NCBI GenBank assembly: GCA_030649435.1
Contig: JAUSKE010000072.1
Coordinates: 1-26,592 of the forward strand
Origin: Deltaproteobacteria bacterium
Lineage (GTDB): Bacteria > UBA10199 > JACPAL01 > JACOUP01
Direction: 5' to 3'
Length of the DNA stretch: 26,592 nt
Shown: piece by piece, positions 1 to 6,714 of the stretch
Layout: every line of letters starts with the position of its first letter
Position numbering within the stretch: the stretch's first letter is position 1
The notes under the pieces: model-generated
The model's database searches: none
What the model saw: only the letters and a program-made list of their open reading frames with translations
What the model was told of the DNA's origin: nothing
Program-made: the position numbers and the translations under genes

Positions 1-469
1 CATACAAATCGCGCATGAGGTGCCGTTCGTTCCACGCCGCCAGCTTGTTGGCCAACATTACATCAAAGCGTACGACGCGGATAATTTGTGGAGATTGCTG
101 AAACTGTCTCGCAAAATCTCCCGTCGTCATCGGTTGTGTCGCACAATCACTGGCAACATTAGCTTCAATCTGCGTCTTGAAAGTCCCGAACGCATTTTTC
201 AAAAGAACATCAAATCGCACATTCGTGGAATGGAATCGATGGTGCACCTTGATCCCTCCCAATTCTTTAAGAGCCTCTTCGATCATCGGCGCTATCTCTT
301 TTTTGGATTTGAAGGGGATGAAAATATAGTCGAGGTCGTTGGTATAGCGAGGGCAGTCGAGCAGCCTTAGCACCATTCCGCCTTTAAGAATGGCGTGATC
401 CCCCAGCCGCTTCCCCAGATGATTGATGATCAGGACACGCAACGATTCGTTGGATTTAACGGTATCCAT
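1..469 (-). CDS. abiEii: AbiEii/AbiGii-family nucleotidyltransferase toxin (type IV TA), 3' end truncated by the window edge
   Basis: Hand translation from the ATG at 469 stays open to the edge (156 codons): MDTVKSNESLRVLIINHLGKRLGDHAILKGGMVLRLLDCPRYTNDLDYIF...ANKLAAWNERHLMRDLY. It contains the AbiEii motifs LKGG, R-x-T/S-x-DLD and KL-x-A...R...RDLY(D). An AGGAG Shine-Dalgarno precedes the start, and the gene overlaps the antitoxin stop by 14 nt. Absent from the ORF track. Confidence 0.88.
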   Translation of the reverse strand, partial: MDTVKSNESLRVLIINHLGKRLGDHAILKGGMVLRLLDCPRYTNDLDYIFIPFKSKKEIAPMIEEALKELGGIKVHHRFHSTNVRFDVLLKNAFGTFKTQIEANVASDCATQPMTTGDFARQFQQSPQIIRVVRFDVMLANKLAAWNERHLMRDLY

Positions 470-1073
470 GTAAGACTCCTTGGACAAATGTCCTGAATTT
501 TGGATTTTTATATCGGCCCAAATACAGCTGTAACTTTTTTTGATTCAAACGATCGACCTGAATATCTGAATAAATGTTGAATGAGAATTTACGCCCCTTT
601 TGATAAAAATAAAGGGTATCCAAAAAGGCTTTTTCCGCATCGGCATACCAGATACCGTTTGTTTCCATCTTATACCCAAACCACATTTCCCGACCACTCC
701 CTGCAAATCCCAGATGGACGACTTGCCCCAACGGGGATTTGTAGATTCTTGTTTTCCCTATTTTTACCGCATAAACCGTTTTTTGAGGGATCGCTCCGAC
801 GAGCCCCTCTTTGGCAAGCACTGAGCCGAAGCTAATGGCCGATTCGGAACAAATCTGTTGAGAGAGCCACTCCCTATCGAAATCTTGGGCGACATAAATT
901 CCACGATAAAAACGATTCAAGATTTTTTCTTTCAAAAACGGCTTTAGCTTCTGTTGAACGTCGACCTCTGTTTTGGCCAAAAACAGATTGCTCAAATCGC
1001 TGATAGTAAAAACCCCGCGATGTTTTGGAATGAGAGACTGCAAAGAGAAGAGTATTTTAGGGTTCAGATTCAT
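456..1073 (-). CDS. abiEi: AbiEi-family antitoxin / wHTH transcriptional regulator (about 205 aa)
   Basis: N-terminal wHTH-like segment (FTISDLSNLF...KEKILNRFYRGIY), plus AISFGSVLAKEGLV and ADAEKAFLDTLYF, which match the AbiEi YIS-x-x-SAL and A-x-x-EKAL-x-D-x-LY patterns. Lies directly upstream of the toxin. Start moved from 1142 to the ATG at 1073 because the promoter lies in between. Confidence 0.82.
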   Translation of the reverse strand: MNLNPKILFSLQSLIPKHRGVFTISDLSNLFLAKTEVDVQQKLKPFLKEKILNRFYRGIYVAQDFDREWLSQQICSESAISFGSVLAKEGLVGAIPQKTVYAVKIGKTRIYKSPLGQVVHLGFAGSGREMWFGYKMETNGIWYADAEKAFLDTLYFYQKGRKFSFNIYSDIQVDRLNQKKLQLYLGRYKNPKFRTFVQGVLHGYR

Positions 1074-1076
1074 ACA

Positions 1077-1109
1077 GACAGATATTATTATATATTGATA
1101 ATAACTGTC
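1077..1109. promoter_or_regulatory. Inverted repeat, candidate AbiEi autoregulation operator
   Basis: GACAGATATTATTA (1077-1090), TATAT, TGATAATAACTGTC (1096-1109). 12 of 14 positions are complementary, and the repeat covers the -10, the spacer and part of the -35. Confidence 0.65.
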
Positions 1110-1111
1110 AA
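1082..1111 (-). promoter_or_regulatory. sigma70-type promoter of the abiE operon
   Basis: On the minus strand: TTGACA (1111-1106), an 18-nt spacer, TAATAT (1087-1082), then 8 nt to the ATG at 1073 with no Shine-Dalgarno. Confidence 0.65.
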
Positions 1112-1149
1112 CTTGAATTTGGGCTTGGGTGGGGTGATTCACCCAACGC

Positions 1150-1178
1150 TTGTTTAATCTTCAGAGCCGTGTTAACTT
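1150..1178 (+). promoter_or_regulatory. Candidate promoter of the histidine kinase (extended -10)
   Basis: TTGTTT (1150-1155), 17 nt, TAACTT (1173-1178) preceded by TG at 1170-1171; 11 nt to the ATG at 1190. Confidence 0.4.
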
Positions 1179-1189
1179 GCCTCCGGCTC

Positions 1190-3106
1190 ATGATCCGATC
1201 TCTTCGCCAGGCCTTAGGTCTTCAGGCTCTCGATTTTACGGCCCGCCATATCTTTACCGCCCGGATCCGGTTGGTGATCCACCTCTCATTTTGGGTCTTT
1301 GTTATCTTCTTTTGGTCAGATCTCTTCTGGGTTAAACCTTCACCCCTCCTGATCGAAAGCCTTCTCTTCTCGGTCACGACGATTGCTTACCTGAAGATCG
1401 TCCGAAACCGGAACGTCCTCTTCTACTTCCTTGTCGAAATTGTGGCGGACTTGGGAATGCTAACACTCTTTATCACCCTGACCGGTGGCGGACAAAGCCC
1501 ATTCTTCCTTCTCTACCTCTTGTACGGGTTGGCGGCCGGTCTTTTTTATGATCACCATACCGCTTTTTTAACAGGGATCCTCGCCCTTATTTTTTATGGA
1601 GCCCTGCTCCTCTTGGGAGAAACAGTCTTTCCCCTCTGGAGACCGCTTTCGTTGCTCGTCGCAATGGCGGTTATGGTTTGGGCGATACGGATTGCGGAGA
1701 GCCTGAACCGGAGTCGCGAACGATCTCTCGAGCAGAGAAACGATGAACTGATGGCCTTGAACGAGATCTCCTACGCCGTCCGAACAGTGGCGAACCGGCC
1801 GACGGCGATAGCGACTATCCTGCATGGGGTCAAAGAAGGGTTGAAATATGAGGGTTGCCTCTGTCTGTTGGTCGACGAGGGGGGACAACGGCTTCAGTTT
1901 CTTTCCGACCCGAAGTCGGAGCATGCCCGTTTCTTTGAGGAAGAGACCAAGCTCTCAGTGAACGACCTTTATATCCCGATGGATGACCGAACGAATCCGG
2001 TCTTTGAAGCGATACGTAAAAGAAAAATGCTCATTGAGTCTGATTTTTCGATTCTGGATCGTGGTGTTTTACCAGCCTCGGCGGTGGGGTTTGCCCGCAA
2101 AATGCAGAAGAAGTTCGGTTTTCAAAGATTACTCGCAGCCCCTCTTTTTTCCGAGGAGAAATTTTTTGGCGCCCTTTGCGCGGTGACCAAAAAATCGTGG
2201 TTGGAAGAGAGTGCTGTCAAAATGTTCGAAGGCTTCGCCAATCAGGCGGCCCTGGTGATCGGCAATGTGGTTCTGATCGAGGAGTTGCGCCGAAAGAAGG
2301 AAGAGCTGGAACAGGTCAACCGGACCAAATCGGAGTTTATGGCGACGATGAGTCATGAACTCCGAACCCCCTTGAATGCGATCATCGGCTTTTCGGAGCT
2401 TTTGCTCGAGGAGGCGATGGGAGGGGTGAATCTGCAACAGAAAGAAAGCATTCAGGAGGTGATGAATAACGGCGAACACCTCCTTCAGTTGATCAACAAC
2501 CTGCTCGATCTGACCAAGATGGAGGCGGGCAAGATGGAGCTTCGAGTCGAACCGCTAAACATCGGTGAGTTGATGGAGAAGGTCCGCCGGACGATCAGCT
2601 CCCTCCTCCAAAAAAAGAAGCAAACCTTGGGCCTAAAGGTTCAAGAATCGATCCCCTCGCTTCATGCTGATGGGAGAAAGGTACAACAGATCCTCTTGAA
2701 CCTTTTTTCGAATGCAATCAAGTTCACCCCCGAAGGGGGCAATCTCGAGGTGTCGATCAGTTTTGAGAAGGACCTTAAAAAATTGGCCAGACAGAATTTG
2801 GGGACAAGAGAGATTCTTTACCGTGACGGTTTTTTCACGATTGTCGTGCAGGATAGCGGTATCGGGATCGCCGCCAAGGACCTGCCATTGATCTTTGACA
2901 CCTTCAAGCAGGTGGATAGTTCCTACACCCGTCGTTATGAGGGGACCGGTTTGGGATTGGCGCTGACCAAACAGTTTGTCGAGATGCACGATGGACTGAT
3001 TTGGGCCGAAAGCGAACCAAAAAAAGGGGCTCGTTTTACCGTCATCCTCCCCTATAAGAACCCAAAACGGTTGATGGGGGTGGGGATGTCGGAACCATTT
3101 GGTTAA
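1190..3106 (+). CDS. Membrane-bound sensor histidine kinase (multi-TM N-terminus, GAF, HisKA, HATPase_c)
   Basis: H-box FMATMSHELRTPLNAIIGFS, N-box QILLNLFSNAIKFT, G1 DSGIGI and G2 GTGLGL. GAF end LLAAPL...FFGAL...FANQAALVI. Hydrophobic N-terminus with TGGGQSPFFLLY. ATG 1190 is preferred over GTG 1169 because the candidate promoter overlaps 1169. Confidence 0.93.
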   Translation: MIRSLRQALGLQALDFTARHIFTARIRLVIHLSFWVFVIFFWSDLFWVKPSPLLIESLLFSVTTIAYLKIVRNRNVLFYFLVEIVADLGMLTLFITLTGGGQSPFFLLYLLYGLAAGLFYDHHTAFLTGILALIFYGALLLLGETVFPLWRPLSLLVAMAVMVWAIRIAESLNRSRERSLEQRNDELMALNEISYAVRTVANRPTAIATILHGVKEGLKYEGCLCLLVDEGGQRLQFLSDPKSEHARFFEEETKLSVNDLYIPMDDRTNPVFEAIRKRKMLIESDFSILDRGVLPASAVGFARKMQKKFGFQRLLAAPLFSEEKFFGALCAVTKKSWLEESAVKMFEGFANQAALVIGNVVLIEELRRKKEELEQVNRTKSEFMATMSHELRTPLNAIIGFSELLLEEAMGGVNLQQKESIQEVMNNGEHLLQLINNLLDLTKMEAGKMELRVEPLNIGELMEKVRRTISSLLQKKKQTLGLKVQESIPSLHADGRKVQQILLNLFSNAIKFTPEGGNLEVSISFEKDLKKLARQNLGTREILYRDGFFTIVVQDSGIGIAAKDLPLIFDTFKQVDSSYTRRYEGTGLGLALTKQFVEMHDGLIWAESEPKKGARFTVILPYKNPKRLMGVGMSEPFG

Positions 3107-3141
3107 ACTTGGCGAAGAGCCGTTTTAGGCTTAAAAACCGC

Positions 3142-3180
3142 TTGGAGGGGGAGTCAAATTATGTTACATTAAGCATAATT
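3142..3180 (+). promoter_or_regulatory. Candidate gspC promoter with overlapping palindrome
   Basis: TTGGAG (3142-3147), 17 nt, TACATT (3165-3170) with TG at 3162-3163. The palindrome AATTATG (3157-3163)-N10-CATAATT (3174-3180) straddles the -10. Confidence 0.4.
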
Positions 3181-3205
3181 ATACAGAAATGATGTGGGAT
3201 AAAAA

Positions 3206-4171
3206 ATGGTTTTGTCGTTTCGTAAGTACTTATGGGTGGCTCACTTGGTGGCGATTGCCGCCTGCAGTTTTTTTGCGGCCCAGACGGTAGCAACGTATCT
3301 TTCGGCGCTCCTTGGGGGGACCGCTAAGATTCAGGTGCATCGCCCCTTGGAGAAGGATCGAGTTGTTAAAGAAGTGCCGGAGAAAGAAGATTTTGAGCCG
3401 ATTGTGGCACGTAACGTTTTTAATTCGGCCCAGATGGCTCCCGAAGAGGGGGCAGGGGCAGCGGTTGATGGCTCGGGCGATCAGGTGGTCGACCCCAACG
3501 CGGTAGCGGTTAAGACCGGCCTGCCGATTAAAATATTAGGGCTTTTGGCAGTTGGGAATGGTGAGGACCGGCGCTCCTCGGCGACAATTTCGGGCGGGAC
3601 GGGAGGCGGGACGGATGTCTACTTTGTGGGGGATACCGAAAAACGGTTTGCCGAAGGGGCTAAACTGGTTCGTGTTGCCAAAGACAGGATCGAATTTACC
3701 AATGGGGGGCGGCTGGAGTATGCCGAACTTGAAGATGTCAAGGTGGCTCTTTCCATTCTCAGAGGGCCTGGGGAGGTTCATGGGAAGGGAGAAGGGGGCC
3801 CAGCCGAGCCCGGCGGCGCCCCTCGTCCCGACACTGTTGCGGTGGATGAAGGGAAGGGACGTTATACCGTTGACCAAAGAGAGATTGATGAAGCGTTGGG
3901 AAATCTGGACAAGTTGTATACAGAAGTCCGGATTGTCCCCAACTTTAAGGGGGGTAAGCCAGCCGGGTTAAAGGTGCTTTCGATAAAACCAGGTAGTCTT
4001 TTTTCAAAATTAGGTATACAGAGGGGCGACGTTCTTGAAAAGATCAATGGCATGGAGATGGATATCAAAAGAGGGATGGAATTATTTGGGCAACTGAAAG
4101 ACTCAAAGAATTTAACGATTGATATAGAAAGAAAGGGTCAAAACAAAACTCTTGAATACGAAATTCGCTAA
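3206..4171 (+). CDS. gspC: Type II secretion protein GspC (TM, HR domain, PDZ)
   Basis: N-terminal TM anchor and C-terminal PDZ (RIVPNFKGGKPAGLKVLSIKPGSLFSKLGIQRGDVLEKING); first gene before the secretin. Confidence 0.88.
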   Translation: MVLSFRKYLWVAHLVAIAACSFFAAQTVATYLSALLGGTAKIQVHRPLEKDRVVKEVPEKEDFEPIVARNVFNSAQMAPEEGAGAAVDGSGDQVVDPNAVAVKTGLPIKILGLLAVGNGEDRRSSATISGGTGGGTDVYFVGDTEKRFAEGAKLVRVAKDRIEFTNGGRLEYAELEDVKVALSILRGPGEVHGKGEGGPAEPGGAPRPDTVAVDEGKGRYTVDQREIDEALGNLDKLYTEVRIVPNFKGGKPAGLKVLSIKPGSLFSKLGIQRGDVLEKINGMEMDIKRGMELFGQLKDSKNLTIDIERKGQNKTLEYEIR

Positions 4172-6656
4172 ATCAGTTTTGATTCTAATGGGTGTTTTGT
4201 GGAGTGGTTTTGTTTTTGCCGCTGAATTAACACCGTCCCCAACAAGTTCCCCCAGCTCTTCGGCCGCGGCGACGCCGCCGGCCGCGATACCACCCCCAAC
4301 GATTTCAGGGATGCCGAATTACCCACCTGCGGTGACACTTGAACCAGTCCCGACGGCACTGCCGACCCTCCCTCCCCAGCAGGGAAGGACAACAACCGGT
4401 TCGTTGGCCCCTTCTCCAATGGCCCCGATTGAAAATATGCCGGAATCTGTGTCAACCGAACTCCGGCCGGCGAATCCAGAAACAATGAAACAGGCCGAGT
4501 CGTTGATCTCGGAAGAGGGGGTTTACTTCAACACGGCGGACGAAGATTGCAAAGAGGTGATCAAGCAGATCAGCCGACTCACATCAAAGAATTTTCTTTT
4601 GGATGACAAGGTCCGGTGCAAAATTTCGATTATCACCGAACGCAAGGTGACCAAAGACGAGCTTTGGGAAATGTTTCTCTCGGCACTCGAGGTGGCTGGG
4701 TACACCGTTGTTCAGGGACCGGCTGGTCTCCACAAGGTGGTTCAGCTCCGGGACGCCATTTCGAAACCGATCCAGATGTACTTAGATGAGACACCCAATA
4801 CAGATGCCTTCATTACCCGACTGATCCCTCTCAAGAATATCAATGCTACCGACATCGCCAATGCGATCAAGGGGATGGTTTCCAAAGAGGGAAACCTGTT
4901 TGCCTATCAGGCGACGAATACCATCATCATCACCGATACCGGTAGCAACATCCTTCGGCTCCATGCCCTGGTGAAGGAACTGGATCGGACAGGTCCTCGG
5001 GAGATCCTCGAGATCATCCCGATCAAGTATGCCTCGGCCAAAGATATTGCCGACAAGATCCAGACTATTTTTGATGCCGATAAAAAAGATGCGGCTGGGG
5101 GAGCCCAGCGTCGCACACCGGGAAGGGAGGGGGAAGAGATCTCCAAGATTTCGAAGGTGATCCCGGACGAGCGAACGAATTCCCTGATCGTTTTGGCCTC
5201 CAAAATAGCGGTCTCCCAAATTAGGAATTTGATTGCGAAGCTCGACACTGTTTTGACGAAAGACTCAGGAAAAATTCATGTCCATTATCTTAAAAACGCC
5301 GACTCTACCGAACTCTCTCAGACCTTAACGAGTCTCACAAACGCGGTCTCTGCGGGCTCCAAGCCGGGCACATCCGGGGCCCCTCCGTCGGCGGCCGGAT
5401 CGGCATTCGGTTTTGAGCTGGAAGGGAAGGTCAACGTTTCGGCCGATAAAAATACCAATGCCCTGATCATCATGGCGTCGCAGAAGGACTATGAGACGCT
5501 GGTGGAGAGGGTGATCGACAAGTTGGATATCCCGCGTCGTCAGGTTTTTGTTGAAGCGGTGGTGATGGAATTAGTGATCGATCAAGACCAGAGCCTTGGC
5601 ATTGCCGGTCAGGGTGGTTTTCCGTTCGGGATTGCCGGGAACAACGCCCTTGGCTTCGGGGCCCTTCTTGGTGGTTCAACGGGGGTGAACCAGGGGAACA
5701 GTGGTCTGACAGGCGGAGTTGTCAGTACCGATACCGTGACGGTCAATGTGACCGGTGCGGACGGTGCGGCCCACGCGATTACGGTGCCGAAGTTCTTTGC
5801 CTCCCTGACGGCGCAGCAGAAAAATGTCGATGTGAATGTCTTGTCGACACCGAATCTGCTGACGCTCGACAACGAAAAGGCGACGATCGAAATTGCCCAG
5901 AAGGAACCATTCTCCCAAGGTCAGGCAGTCGGGCAGGGAGGGGTGACCACCCAATCCTTCACCCGTGAGCCGGTCGGTTTGACCCTCGAGATGACGCCAC
6001 AGATTAATGAGGGGAATACGGTCAAACTTAAATTGAAGCAGAAGAAATCGGACATTCTGAATACCTCTGGACCGTTGACCGCTGTCGCCGGTCCTTCCAC
6101 AAAGGAGCGGTCGGTCGAGACGACGGTCATGGCGAATGATGGCCAGACGATCGTGATTGGTGGCCTCTTGGAAGATGTCGTTCGCACCGAAATAAATAAA
6201 ATCCCTCTCTTGGGGGATATCCCCATTTTAGGATGGCTCTTCAAGAACCGGACGAAAAAGAAGGTCAAGAGCAACCTGCTTGTTTTTATCACCCCGCACA
6301 TCATCCGGGATGTGGGGGACTTTAACAAGATCCTTCAAAGAAAAATCGAGGAGAGGAATACCTTCATCGACAAGAATTACAGCAAGCGGCAGAGAAAACA
6401 TATTCGTGAGGCGATCGAGGGGCATGCGAAGACGCTGCTCGAGTACCAAGGGGAGCTTCCTCCACCGGCTCAGCCGGCAACTCCTCCTTCTGTTCCAACG
6501 GCAACCCCGACAGCCCCAACACCGGAGAAACAGGAGGCCAAGTACCAGAAGTCGTCCCCCCCAATGACCCCGAAGGAGCCGGAAAAGAGGTCTTTGTCGA
6601 CACCGAAGAATGGGCTCCCACCGGTGCAGAACGAAGATAGCGATCTCGCGTATTAA
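4152..6656 (+). CDS. gspD: Type II secretion secretin GspD
   Basis: Sec signal peptide, N0 (KQISRLTSKNFLLD), N1-N3 repeats (ITRLIPLKN, IIPIKYASA, IHVHYLKNA), secretin domain (DIPRRQVFVEAVVME, NVLSTPNLLTLDNEKATI, KIPLLGDIPILGWLFK, NLLVFITPHII). The TTG start is uncertain. Confidence 0.95.
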   Translation: MNTKFAKSVLILMGVLWSGFVFAAELTPSPTSSPSSSAAATPPAAIPPPTISGMPNYPPAVTLEPVPTALPTLPPQQGRTTTGSLAPSPMAPIENMPESVSTELRPANPETMKQAESLISEEGVYFNTADEDCKEVIKQISRLTSKNFLLDDKVRCKISIITERKVTKDELWEMFLSALEVAGYTVVQGPAGLHKVVQLRDAISKPIQMYLDETPNTDAFITRLIPLKNINATDIANAIKGMVSKEGNLFAYQATNTIIITDTGSNILRLHALVKELDRTGPREILEIIPIKYASAKDIADKIQTIFDADKKDAAGGAQRRTPGREGEEISKISKVIPDERTNSLIVLASKIAVSQIRNLIAKLDTVLTKDSGKIHVHYLKNADSTELSQTLTSLTNAVSAGSKPGTSGAPPSAAGSAFGFELEGKVNVSADKNTNALIIMASQKDYETLVERVIDKLDIPRRQVFVEAVVMELVIDQDQSLGIAGQGGFPFGIAGNNALGFGALLGGSTGVNQGNSGLTGGVVSTDTVTVNVTGADGAAHAITVPKFFASLTAQQKNVDVNVLSTPNLLTLDNEKATIEIAQKEPFSQGQAVGQGGVTTQSFTREPVGLTLEMTPQINEGNTVKLKLKQKKSDILNTSGPLTAVAGPSTKERSVETTVMANDGQTIVIGGLLEDVVRTEINKIPLLGDIPILGWLFKNRTKKKVKSNLLVFITPHIIRDVGDFNKILQRKIEERNTFIDKNYSKRQRKHIREAIEGHAKTLLEYQGELPPPAQPATPPSVPTATPTAPTPEKQEAKYQKSSPPMTPKEPEKRSLSTPKNGLPPVQNEDSDLAY

Positions 6657-6678
6657 GCCTTCAGTTAAAGCTATTCCT

Positions 6679-6706
6679 TTGAAAACCTTCTGTTTTGTGC
6701 TATAAT
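6679..6706 (+). promoter_or_regulatory. Internal sigma70 promoter with extended -10 before gspE
   Basis: TTGAAA (6679-6684), 16 nt, TATAAT (6701-6706) preceded by TGc; 8 nt to the ATG at 6715, no Shine-Dalgarno. Confidence 0.65.
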
Positions 6707-6714
6707 CGAACCCC

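Noticed and set aside
20-370. 116-aa plus-strand ORF in the track
   Set aside because: Antisense shadow of the motif-bearing abiEii gene; it has no recognisable motifs.
1074-1142. 23-codon N-terminal extension of AbiEi in the ORF track
   Set aside because: It spans the promoter and inverted repeat, and the peptide (YYQYIIISVC) simply reflects AT-rich regulatory DNA.
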